From assembly GCA_034226945.1 (NCBI GenBank), contig CP120462.1, forward strand, positions 62,001-126,000: a stretch of DNA of 64,000 nt, read 5' to 3'. Of the stretch, positions 12,259-22,067 are shown piece after piece. A program made the position numbers and the translations under genes. The notes under the pieces are model-generated. The model saw nothing but the letters and a program-made list of their open reading frames with translations, searched no databases and was not told the origin of the DNA. How positions within the stretch are numbered: the stretch's first letter is position 1; each line of letters starts with the position of its first letter. Origin of the DNA: Picochlorum sp. SENEW3 (Eukaryota).

Positions 12259-15200
12259 TTAAGAGGACGTTAACGCATAATCGATGAGTGCTGCTTGTTC
12301 CACCGCATGGACCTGGCCAAAGCCTGTGGCAGTGGCTGCCATGGTGGGTCGTCCGGCGTAGGTGATTCGGGCTGGAACATTCTCCCGCTCTGCTTCCATG
12401 CACCGCTGAATTCTTGGTTGAACATGAAGGTACGCTCCCATATTTTTGGGCTCTTCTTGGGCCCAGACGATTTCTGCATTTGGATATCTTCTGATTTCTC
12501 GCATGACCAAATCAAATGGGAATGGAGCCAGCTGCTCAATTCTAATGATGGCAACATCCTCTTCTAGACCTCTCTTCTTTCTCTCTGATGCCAATTCGTA
12601 GTAGACTTTACCAGAGCACATGACCAGGCGTTTTTTGGAGGGGTTTGGAGGAGGCGTCGGACTGCGGTCTGTCTCCCCCTCGTCCATGATGACCCTCTTG
12701 AAACGCGCACCCTTGATGAAAATATCATCTGATTCATCATCGAACTCTGTCAGGGGAGATCGAGCTTCCGGAAGTCTTAAGAGATTCTTTGGAGTGATAA
12801 TAATTAATGGCTTTCTGAATTGGCGGTGGATTTGCCTGCGGAGAACATGGAAATAATTTGCTGGTGTTGTTGCATTCACAATCTGCCAGTTGATTTTCTG
12901 AATTTGAGAGCCAAGGTGGCCTCCGGTGAACCATTGCTTTTCATCAATTTGTGGAAGCTCGTATGGATCTTCATCGACCATCTGAAGGAACCTTTCGATG
13001 CGGGCAGAAGAATGCTCTGGGCCTTGTCCATCATAGCCATGCGGCAACAACACAGTGAGGCCGTTCTGTCTGAGCCATTTTGCCTCTCCCGATGACATGA
13101 ACTGATCAAATATGATTTGCGCTCCATTGGCAAAATCTCCGAATTGTGCTTCCCACATCACCAGACTATTAGGATTTTCCAACGCATACCCAAGCTCAAA
13201 GCCAAGAACTCCATACTCTGACAAGGATGAATTGCTCACTGTGAATTGGCGCTTGTCTTGATCCTCAAAAACGTGTTGCAATGGAGTGTATTTTTCTCCT
13301 GTTTTTTGATCATGGATGACGGCATGTCGGTGACTAAATGTACCTCTTTCTACATCCTGCCCAGACAGTCGCACATGATTGCCTTCACAAAGAAGTGTTC
13401 CAAAAGCAAGAGCTTCAGCAGTCGCCCAGTCCACTGGTTCACCTTCGAGAATCATCTTTCTCCTCGCTTCATAAATCTTACCGATTTGTCTGTGGGGAGT
13501 GAAGCCCTTGGGAACTTCCGTAATCGCATTACCAACTTCCTTGAGCAATTCAATTGGGACACCTGTATTTCGAATTCTAGAGGTCTGCGAAGGAGACATG
13601 AATCCTTTCCACACGGAACTCAACCATTCCGAGAGATGCGGCTTATACGTCTTCGCCAAATTGAACTTATCATGCAATTCTTTCTGGACCCTGTCCCCAA
13701 TAGACCTGATCTGTTCCTTTGACACACTGCCTTCTCCCAACAGCTTCTCACTGTACAACTGCTGTGGATTTTTGTGACCACGAATGACCTGGTACATCAA
13801 TGGCTGAGTAAACATAGGCTCATCAATTTCGTTATGACCATATCTTCTGTATCCCATGAGATCGATCACAACATCCGAGTGGAATGTGTTCCTCCACTCT
13901 GCTGCCAATTCACATACTCTTACCACTGCCTCAACATCATCACCATTCACATGAAATACGGGCGCATTGAGTGCTTTCGCCACATCTGTGCAGTATGGAG
14001 ATGATCTGGATTTCTTTGGGTCCGTTGTGAAAGCGACTTGATTATTCACCACCAAGTGAACAGTTCCTCCTACCGTGTAGTCGGGCAAGCCACTCATATC
14101 CAAGGTTTCATACACAATACCCTGTCCGGCAAATGCGCCATCTCCATGCATTAGAATTGGCATGTGCTTCACTCGATTCATATCGTCACTATAATGCTGC
14201 TTTGCCCTTACTTTTCCCAAACACACTGTATTGACCGCCTCAAGGTGAGATGGATTGGCCAAAAGAGACAGATGAATCATCTTTCCAGACGTTGTGGGCC
14301 TATCAAACGATGTTCCAAGATGATACTTCACATCACCAGACCCCATATAGGAGTCTGATTTTGAAGAGGTGGGAGATTTACCGGCAAACTCTGAAAACAC
14401 CTGTTCCATTGGTTTCCTCATCACGTTTGCCAGGATGTTCAGCCTTCCTCTGTGGGGCATGCCAATTACTACAGATTCTGTGCCCAGCTCAGCTGCTCGA
14501 TCGATCAGCGCCTTCATACCAGGAACCAGAGACTCACACCCTTCCAAACCAAACCGCTTTGCAGCTGAATACTTGTTGTTCAGAAATGACTCGAATCGCT
14601 CACTCCATGTCAACCTATCCAGGATATTCAGTTTCTTTTCCTTCGTAAAATTCGGAGGCTCTGGCGTCTCAATTCTCGCTCGAATCCAGTTGCACTGGTC
14701 TCTGTCTGGAATATGCATGTATTCATACCCAATTTCCCCACAATAGGTCTCTCGAAGCCTTGTCAGAATCTCCCGCAGAGTCCTCACAGGCCTCTCTTCG
14801 TTCAAAAACCCTTCCTGATTCCAAATTCCTATGAAAAATTCTCTGTCCAAATCCACCTCTGTGAATCCATAGAAGGCAGGGTCTAACTCTGGCCGCTCCA
14901 TCTGCTTTGACAGCCCAAGAGGATCCAAGTTTGCTGCCGTGTGCCCCACAATCTGATACGCCCTCACCATCAACAGCAGACGCTGACTTTCTTGAATAGT
15001 TTGATTTGATATAGCAGCGTGCGCCAAAGGCGATGTGATATCACCCTTCTCCCACGCATCATATGACTCTGCCACTGCCTCTGGTGACACACCCATGTCC
15101 ATTGATTTGAAAAATGACGCCCAGGTCGTATCAATACTCGAGGGATCCTCTCTGTATTTTTCCTCCAACTCTTCTAAATACGAAGAAGAGGTTCCATCCA

Positions 15201-15609
15201 GAAAAGAATCCTTCATCTTCCGCATGGGCACCGGAGCAGGCTTCTCCTGCTGCTCAGCAACTGGCGACGTTGCAATCCCGCAACGAGCACACTCCTGTAT
15301 CGAATATCGTCCTTTCCCGTGTCTCCAATATCTTTCAGATCTGCTAATAGCTCTACTCGGAAAACTCCGAGAATACGACACGAACGTTCTCTGATGCCTC
15401 CCTTGACCCGCATCCCCGCGGAGGCCCCTGCGGAGAAACCCACGCAAATCCCCATCCCAAACCCCATTAGGACCTACATTGGAGAATTCCGATTTCGGTT
15501 TGGAACAGATTCCCGCCTTGGCATCCACGAAACCTTTCAGAACCGTCCGCTCCTTGGAGCCATATTGCTTCCCTAGGAACACGAGCGTCTCTTTCAAAGA
15601 TCGTCTCAT
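12259..15609 (-). CDS. OGDH: 2-oxoglutarate dehydrogenase E1, mitochondrial
   Basis: KRFGLEG, GMPHRGRLN, GDVKYHLG, NPSHLE, TPP motif HGDG...NNQ, WEAQFGDFANGAQ, GQGPEHSS. Confidence 0.97.
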   Translation of the reverse strand: MRRSLKETLVFLGKQYGSKERTVLKGFVDAKAGICSKPKSEFSNVGPNGVWDGDLRGFLRRGLRGDAGQGRHQRTFVSYSRSFPSRAISRSERYWRHGKGRYSIQECARCGIATSPVAEQQEKPAPVPMRKMKDSFLDGTSSSYLEELEEKYREDPSSIDTTWASFFKSMDMGVSPEAVAESYDAWEKGDITSPLAHAAISNQTIQESQRLLLMVRAYQIVGHTAANLDPLGLSKQMERPELDPAFYGFTEVDLDREFFIGIWNQEGFLNEERPVRTLREILTRLRETYCGEIGYEYMHIPDRDQCNWIRARIETPEPPNFTKEKKLNILDRLTWSERFESFLNNKYSAAKRFGLEGCESLVPGMKALIDRAAELGTESVVIGMPHRGRLNILANVMRKPMEQVFSEFAGKSPTSSKSDSYMGSGDVKYHLGTSFDRPTTSGKMIHLSLLANPSHLEAVNTVCLGKVRAKQHYSDDMNRVKHMPILMHGDGAFAGQGIVYETLDMSGLPDYTVGGTVHLVVNNQVAFTTDPKKSRSSPYCTDVAKALNAPVFHVNGDDVEAVVRVCELAAEWRNTFHSDVVIDLMGYRRYGHNEIDEPMFTQPLMYQVIRGHKNPQQLYSEKLLGEGSVSKEQIRSIGDRVQKELHDKFNLAKTYKPHLSEWLSSVWKGFMSPSQTSRIRNTGVPIELLKEVGNAITEVPKGFTPHRQIGKIYEARRKMILEGEPVDWATAEALAFGTLLCEGNHVRLSGQDVERGTFSHRHAVIHDQKTGEKYTPLQHVFEDQDKRQFTVSNSSLSEYGVLGFELGYALENPNSLVMWEAQFGDFANGAQIIFDQFMSSGEAKWLRQNGLTVLLPHGYDGQGPEHSSARIERFLQMVDEDPYELPQIDEKQWFTGGHLGSQIQKINWQIVNATTPANYFHVLRRQIHRQFRKPLIIITPKNLLRLPEARSPLTEFDDESDDIFIKGARFKRVIMDEGETDRSPTPPPNPSKKRLVMCSGKVYYELASERKKRGLEEDVAIIRIEQLAPFPFDLVMREIRRYPNAEIVWAQEEPKNMGAYLHVQPRIQRCMEAERENVPARITYAGRPTMAATATGFGQVHAVEQAALIDYALTSS

Positions 15610-16626
15610 TCGTCAAAAATCTATTTACATATATATCAGACTGCAGTGTATAGGGAACGCCATGCAGTCATGCAGATGTCTGAGGCCATGCCCCACAAGT
15701 AGATCAAGGGTCATATGACCCTTGTCATGCAAGGCTTGCAAGGGCCTCGCGCTCTTTGCCAGGGAAGGAATCTTTGGATGGGCAGATCTGCAGGCATCAG
15801 TATCATCGACCGATACGACGAGGTCTCAAGATGCCTTATCGACACCAGTGCCATGCACTCTCTGTAGCCATGCAGGGTCCGGTTAACAACCAGAATGCGT
15901 GGCATGATACTTCGATCAAAGGAGGCCCCTGATGGGATATGGAGTCCATCGGAACGTCTGTGTACGGAGAGGGCGTTTTTTCGTGCCAGAGGGCTAGTTT
16001 ACTGCAGAGAAGTTAGATTATTTGATCCCAAAATTATTGGAAAGTGTTTTGGAGCAGTACTGCGCTGTCTAACGGGCGTGGAGAGAGGATAGTCGAGGTG
16101 CGTGGTTCACACAATTTCCCTGTCCACAAGTAGAATGTGACATTTCAAACCTCTATGGCGTTGCCTAGAGTGGATGGAAGGGGCCGATACCGCTGCAATA
16201 TGTGTATAATAATTTATTGAATCGAATGGAATTGGAATATGAGGGATATGTCCCGAGAAGTTTGAAAGTCGGCCGACTGTCTGCTTTGCGTTGAAAACGG
16301 ACGGTGGAGGCGGGCGCTCGTGCTGGTTTGGAAGGGAGGGTTTCCCTGTTGTATGCCCACGGGCAGCTCTTGTATCATACATTACCGCTTTCTCGACTTT
16401 CTTTGCAGGGTTTTGATCTAATAAGGTACCGATACGCTTGATCTGATCATCGTGGTGGGAGCAATGTGGACCTTTTTGTAGTGTGTTTTGATAGTTTGAT
16501 AACCCTTGAGTGTTCGAGAGCCGTTCGGTGAGGAGGAGGAGGTGCAATCGCGTATCGTGCTGCTGCCACGGGGTCTGAGCTCTAGTTGTCTTCGTTTTGC
16601 CTTGGAGGTGTTTGCGGGCTCTGAAT

Positions 16627-18840
16627 ATGGCGAAGGCGAAGAACGAACAGCAGCAGCAGCAGCAGGGTGGGGCATCTGAGAAGGAGGCCAACAAAAAGTC
16701 CAATGGGGTGGCCAAAGATGTCGAGATGGCGAAAGAAGATGGAGACATGAGCCAAGTCAGAAAGGAAGAAGATGCTATTCTGGAGCAAGGAGAGGAAATT
16801 GCCTCGAGGAGGGCACTCATTGCTCAGGCCTTCAAGCCCCCATGTCTTGAGCCTGAGAGGCCACTGTCCCACTGGTCACATGTGTTGGGGGAGATGAAAT
16901 GGTTGGCGGTCGATGTTGCACAAGAGCGACTTTGGAAACAATCGGTTGCGTTCGCTATCGCTGTGGAGATTGGAAAGATGCAAGGGGATTTTGGATTGAA
17001 ACAGCCTCCAGAGGATTGCCGGCAGTTTAGTAATGAAATCAAGCAATTGAAGCTCGAGGCTGCAAAAGCGGCCGGCCAGGCAACAGGAAGGAGGTCAGTC
17101 AAGGCTACAAATCTTCCTAAACCAGCCGTATTGCTGGGCCTGAATGCAGAGGAGGATCCTGCCTTGGCGGAGATTGACGAAGGGGTTGCATTGCTGAAAA
17201 AGCAGGCCAAAGAGATTGGGGAAAAGCCTGACACAGTCGTCGATCTTGCCGAAAACAATGTGAAGCTAACCCTACCATGGGATGATGCAACCACTGAAAA
17301 GATGGAACATCATCTGTATGAATTGGAAAAGCAGAGGCTCATCCAAGAGGAAGCCCAGTTCCGATCGTATCGCCTCGAGTATGAGGCAGCTCTTGCAAGT
17401 CATCAGTTGGCCATTGCTGAGCAGCAGGCTGCCGCCAATGCTATTGATGGATTTGAAATCGGGCAATCGCTTGATCTTGATCTCATGGACGATGGGCTTC
17501 TCGGTCCGCCTAGGAGGTACAAGAAGAGAAGGACAGGGTATGCCGTGGATGAATATGATGATCGTAAACTGGATGGCTACGCTGACAGAAGAAGAGCGAA
17601 AGCATATAGAGATGGAGATACAGATCCCAACTACTCCGCAGAGACAGGTCGTTATGGAAGGAGGGCCGCAGGACGAAACAGAAGACCTCTCAATGACCGC
17701 AATAGGAACTTCAGGCAGCGTCAAGACCATTATGCTCAAGGTGGAAGAGTGCAAGGACAGCCAGGCATTTTGTCTTGGAGTAGAAATGAAGATGATTTAC
17801 TATTGGCGATAGTGCACGAGTTTGGCGTGAATTGGACTCTGGTGTCAGAGGTCTTGTCGAGAAGTTTATCTCTGCAAGGTATTCATAGACCACCACAACA
17901 ATGCCGCCATAGATTCCGCCAGTTGATTACACAGGAAGGTCAGAGTCTGACAGACGAGAAAGCATACGAGTTATTGACAAGCAGGTTAGCAAAGCAGCAG
18001 GCAAGGGAATTATTGCTCAACTCCCTTCCAGTACGGAACGAATCGCTGGTACGCTTTTTAGAAGCATTGGCACAAGTAGGAGCCAGTGCCAGAAACAGGC
18101 GACTTGCGGAAGAGAAGCGTTGCGAATCGATTCGCACACAACGACAGGAGCCACACACATCGCACAAGAGTGTTGTGAATGGCATCATGCAGCAAACAGG
18201 GGGAAGACACCTGACTCCTTTAGAATTGTCTGCTCACGTGATGAATACGTATGCCCAGCAAGCACGGCAAATACAGGCACCGTACAATCCCAACCAACCT
18301 CCACAGCAAGGTGGGCCAGATGGAAGTAATGGTCAAATCGGTGGACCACCAACTGTGCAGCAAATGTCGGCCCCTGGTCAGGGAATGGCCAGGCCAGGGG
18401 GCGGAAGTGTTGCCATGAACATTCAGCAACTGACAAATATTCTGAACGCGAACAAGCTTCCGAATGGCAGTGAATTGACGGATGAGATGAGGAAGGCACT
18501 CGAAGAGAAGAAGAGAGCCTACTTGGTAAGACTGACGCAGTCCCACAAAGCAGCCATGGCCCAGAGGCAGGGCTTGACACCCAGTCAGATTTCGTCAGGG
18601 ACAGCCATGGCTTCCATGCAGGTGAATGCGAGGCCCCAGATGGGGACTGTCGTAGCACCAGGCATGAATATGTACGCGGGAAATCCCGGTCCTGCTCAGG
18701 GAGTGACCGGAGTTCCAGCTCAAGGAGCCATTCAGCAAGGAGTTGCCATCCTCCCAGGAGGGCAGCAGCAGAATCAGCAATATATGGTGCCTCGAGCCCA
18801 GCAAGCCCCTCCAGTGCAGGGGCAGCAGCAGAATCAATAA
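16627..18840 (+). CDS. EAF1: EAF1-like NuA4 scaffold protein (HSA plus Myb/SANT domain, Q-rich tail)
   Basis: HSA motif SHWSHVLGEMKWLAVDVAQERLWK; SANT motif WSRNEDDLLLAIVHEFGVNWTLVS...RPPQQCRHRF. Confidence 0.8.
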   Translation: MAKAKNEQQQQQQGGASEKEANKKSNGVAKDVEMAKEDGDMSQVRKEEDAILEQGEEIASRRALIAQAFKPPCLEPERPLSHWSHVLGEMKWLAVDVAQERLWKQSVAFAIAVEIGKMQGDFGLKQPPEDCRQFSNEIKQLKLEAAKAAGQATGRRSVKATNLPKPAVLLGLNAEEDPALAEIDEGVALLKKQAKEIGEKPDTVVDLAENNVKLTLPWDDATTEKMEHHLYELEKQRLIQEEAQFRSYRLEYEAALASHQLAIAEQQAAANAIDGFEIGQSLDLDLMDDGLLGPPRRYKKRRTGYAVDEYDDRKLDGYADRRRAKAYRDGDTDPNYSAETGRYGRRAAGRNRRPLNDRNRNFRQRQDHYAQGGRVQGQPGILSWSRNEDDLLLAIVHEFGVNWTLVSEVLSRSLSLQGIHRPPQQCRHRFRQLITQEGQSLTDEKAYELLTSRLAKQQARELLLNSLPVRNESLVRFLEALAQVGASARNRRLAEEKRCESIRTQRQEPHTSHKSVVNGIMQQTGGRHLTPLELSAHVMNTYAQQARQIQAPYNPNQPPQQGGPDGSNGQIGGPPTVQQMSAPGQGMARPGGGSVAMNIQQLTNILNANKLPNGSELTDEMRKALEEKKRAYLVRLTQSHKAAMAQRQGLTPSQISSGTAMASMQVNARPQMGTVVAPGMNMYAGNPGPAQGVTGVPAQGAIQQGVAILPGGQQQNQQYMVPRAQQAPPVQGQQQNQ

Positions 18841-18899
18841 ACTAAGAATTTATAATGTAATGTTAGAGTCAACTATATACATACATCTGAACACAGAAA

Positions 18900-19994
18900 T
18901 CAAAGGAACATGCGCTGTGTGTTCCTGACCTGCTCTCGACATGCATGGCACTCAGTGGGCCGATCCAGCAATACATACCTTCTTGAAAGCTCTTTGTAGC
19001 ATGTATGACATGTCCCATGGCCACAAGGTATGAAAAGAATCTTTTGCTTGTTTGTGAAACAGATCCTGCACTGGTTTCCTTCCACCCCTTCTTCGTCCTG
19101 GTCAGATGAATCCTCATTCTCCTGAGAAAACTGATCCGAGGCGCCCTCCTCTTGAGAGCTTTGGTCCTCTGTCATCATTACAAAGCCCCTCTCTCTCGCA
19201 ATCGTCGAAGATCTGTTGGTGAAGTAGTCTCGCGCATGGATATCATCACAGGTGGAGATCAAGGCGTCCAGAGTCTCCCTGGATCCACTTGCAGCAGCAT
19301 ACACCATTGGTGTCAAACCATTGCCATCAACAGCCTGCACATTTGCTCGATGTTTCGTGATCAAAGAAATCACCGTATCGGTACATCCTTTCTCTGCGGC
19401 GTGCATTAATGGAGTCATAAGATCCAAATCGGGGAGATCGACGTCTGCTCCATGCCTGGCAATAAGAGCATTGAGCGTCTCAGTGTGACCATTCCTGGAG
19501 GCATACGCCAACGGAGTCTTTCCCCAACAATCATGATCAACTATTTCAGCACCATGGCGCATCAAGAGATCGACAGTTCTAGTGTGACCCCTGAGAGCAG
19601 CCCACAACAGCGATGTCCTTCCGTCAGAATCTCGAGCATGGACATCAGCACCTTGATCGTTGATGAGGGTTTGCACACTGTCCAAACATCCATCGCTTGT
19701 AGCATATATCAATTCAGCAGATCTCATACTAATCTTGGAAGGCTGATGGAATGTCGATGAATCATGATTCAAAGCATCATTCGCCACATGAGCAGCAAGA
19801 GAGTTTTCCAACGACACAAGCCTATCTTCGACAGTGTCACGCACTCTTCCATCCTCAAATTGCACCGTGTACGATGGTGGCAAGTATGTCACATCAATGT
19901 TTACTATGACAGCCTCTCGCGTTCCATACAGGACTGTATCTCCGACCTGAAAGGCTGGGCGCGTTTGAGCCATGTGCACGTCTTCACGACACAT
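18900..19994 (-). CDS. Ankyrin-repeat plus C3HC4 RING protein (probable E3 ligase)
   Basis: Four to five ankyrin repeats (GRTSLLWAA, GKTPLAYAS, MTPLMHAA, GLTPMVYAA) and a C-terminal CRIC...PCGH..CHTC...CHACR. Confidence 0.85.
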   Translation of the reverse strand: MCREDVHMAQTRPAFQVGDTVLYGTREAVIVNIDVTYLPPSYTVQFEDGRVRDTVEDRLVSLENSLAAHVANDALNHDSSTFHQPSKISMRSAELIYATSDGCLDSVQTLINDQGADVHARDSDGRTSLLWAALRGHTRTVDLLMRHGAEIVDHDCWGKTPLAYASRNGHTETLNALIARHGADVDLPDLDLMTPLMHAAEKGCTDTVISLITKHRANVQAVDGNGLTPMVYAAASGSRETLDALISTCDDIHARDYFTNRSSTIARERGFVMMTEDQSSQEEGASDQFSQENEDSSDQDEEGVEGNQCRICFTNKQKILFIPCGHGTCHTCYKELSRRYVLLDRPTECHACREQVRNTQRMFL

Positions 19995-20202
19995 TCATAC
20001 AGAATCTGGATCGAAGTCTCTCACTTTTTCAATTAAGAATTACGATGTAAAATTTCGGCGCGATATGACGCATCCTCCCGCCACAAGACGCAAGAATCGC
20101 CTGTACGACGAATAGGATACAGTGTACGATGCTGCTATATATCATCACTGCCACATGTACATCCAAGAGTACAATCAAACGCATCATTACATATTCAAAA
20201 AT

Positions 20203-20754
20203 CTATTCAGTCTTGCCCAGCCATTTGGCTACCACAGGTGTCAGGGCAACAGTGGGTGGAAATCTAACGGGAGACAGGGCCTTGTGTGCAGCATATGCAA
20301 TGGCAAATGTCCCAACCTTTTCGCTGGTATCAGACACCTGCAACCCGACCTTGGACAAAATTGCTGCCACATCCACGCCAGCATTCACCAAAGCATAACA
20401 GGTGGCAAACGATACGATGGCAAAGGATATGGATGTGACAAGATAGGCACTTCCATATCTCTTGAGCAAATCCTTGGCCTGCTCACCCCTCGACTTGCCT
20501 TCCGAGCCACTTGTCGGTGACGTAAAAACTTTCCACAACCCAGCCTCTAATCCGTATTTGAGCGTCGTCTCTTCACTATCGTCCTTTTCAGTCTCATTAT
20601 TTGTCGCCTTTCCTACCACCAGCCCCTGCAAGGTTCTGGAACGAGGAAGGAGCACATGCCTACAACATGCACTTCGACCACTTGTACCACAGTATCGCTC
20701 ATTCGCACTTCGCAATGTCCCACATTGCACTCTGTCAACAATAATTTTGGTCAT
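20203..20754 (-). CDS. DUF1279/FAM210-like plastid membrane protein
   Basis: KYGLEAGLWK, LLKRYGSAYLVTSIS, TFAIAYAAHKALSPVRFPPTVALTP. Confidence 0.85.
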   Translation of the reverse strand: MTKIIVDRVQCGTLRSANERYCGTSGRSACCRHVLLPRSRTLQGLVVGKATNNETEKDDSEETTLKYGLEAGLWKVFTSPTSGSEGKSRGEQAKDLLKRYGSAYLVTSISFAIVSFATCYALVNAGVDVAAILSKVGLQVSDTSEKVGTFAIAYAAHKALSPVRFPPTVALTPVVAKWLGKTE

Positions 20755-21198
20755 TCTCCCCCGACCAGCTGCTCTATGCCTGGCGGTGAGTTTCTCTGTA
20801 GCACTCGCAGTTGTCGTGCGAACCAACAGGCTGGAGTCTGCAGCGATTTTGATTACAAACGTGAATTTATTTGTTAATGTTACTTTAGGTATCCAATGCA
20901 ATGGGTCATAGATGTGCTCGATGCCCAAATGGATGGGACCAACCCCAAAGATTCCTTATATAGAATACAAGTAAATTTCAAAGAGTCTAGCCTCCACGCA
21001 GGAAAAGCAGAGAGTGAAATATATTGTTTACTTTATCGACGTGTAAATTAATATACAGAGAGACTCATAGGCGCGGGGATTGAGGTCAGCTATCAGGGAA
21101 GGACGTGTCGTGTGGACCACAAGGACGAATACACAGATTACCTCTCAGGTGAGGGATTTTGAGGTTGTATCGGGCTAGTGAGGAGACGAGAAAAAGAA

Positions 21199-22041
21199 AT
21201 GACGGTTTTGAGGGCATCCAAGGTGTCGGCGAAGACTACTACACTGCGGACTGGCACGGCGCAAGGGCGACATGTAGCCAAAGTGTGGACGTGTGGTCCA
21301 TCTGGGTGGCATCGTACACGATTTGGTGCCCCTCACGTGGTGTCTTCGGCATCATCGGAGCATCAAGAGGTGGCAGATCCATTTGCCACGAAGGAGGTGT
21401 ATGATGACAGTGATATTCTGAGCAAGTTTATGATTGGGTACTTTTCCAAGGTCACATCCAAGCAGCTGGGGGGCTTGCCGTATGATGGCACGTATGAAGG
21501 GTATGTGGAGCTGTCTCGGGAGATTATGAAGGGAAGAAATACGGCACAAGTTCAAGAGCTTGTCGCTGGAATTTTGGATTCTTTGCTGCCTCCACAATCC
21601 CCTGAGAGGTTCAAGAAATGGTTTCCTTTGAACAAGAGAAATGCAGAGATTAATGCATGGATAACAACATTGGGTTTTAAATGGCTTGTGGGGCCGTCTG
21701 ATGTCCAGGATGCTGAGATAGAGTTTCAGGGCGAGAAGCAGGTTTGGAGGAGTGGCGTGAAGATTAAAAAGTGCAGGTATTTGGAGAATTCTGGGTGTGT
21801 GGGGATGTGTACCAACATGTGCAAATTGCCCACCCAAAAATTCTTTTTAGAGAAATTCGGTTTGCCGTTGACGATGAACCCAGACTTTGAGACGCTCGAA
21901 TGTGAGATGATTTTTGGGCAGGCGCCTCCTCCGGTAGAAGAGGACCCCGTGTACAATCAGCCCTGCTTCTCCGCCTGCAATATTGGATCTGATTCAAAGC
22001 AAGTGTGTCCAAAGATTGACACCGATAGGTCACAGAACTAA
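21199..22041 (+). CDS. Beta-carotene isomerase D27-like (DUF4033)
   Basis: FKWLVGP, KCRYLENSGCVGMCTNMCKLPTQKFF, GLPLTMNPDFE..CEMIFG; N-terminal transit peptide. Confidence 0.9.
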   Translation: MTVLRASKVSAKTTTLRTGTAQGRHVAKVWTCGPSGWHRTRFGAPHVVSSASSEHQEVADPFATKEVYDDSDILSKFMIGYFSKVTSKQLGGLPYDGTYEGYVELSREIMKGRNTAQVQELVAGILDSLLPPQSPERFKKWFPLNKRNAEINAWITTLGFKWLVGPSDVQDAEIEFQGEKQVWRSGVKIKKCRYLENSGCVGMCTNMCKLPTQKFFLEKFGLPLTMNPDFETLECEMIFGQAPPPVEEDPVYNQPCFSACNIGSDSKQVCPKIDTDRSQN

Positions 22042-22067
22042 ATTATATATATAAACGTAATGAACAT

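Noticed and set aside
16107..16820. 237-aa minus-strand ORF with poly-Cys
   Set aside because: Antisense to the EAF1 CAG repeat, with no motifs.
462..22041. Carotenoid/apocarotenoid gene cluster (CYP97C plus D27)
   Set aside because: The genes are 19 kb apart with about a dozen unrelated genes between them.
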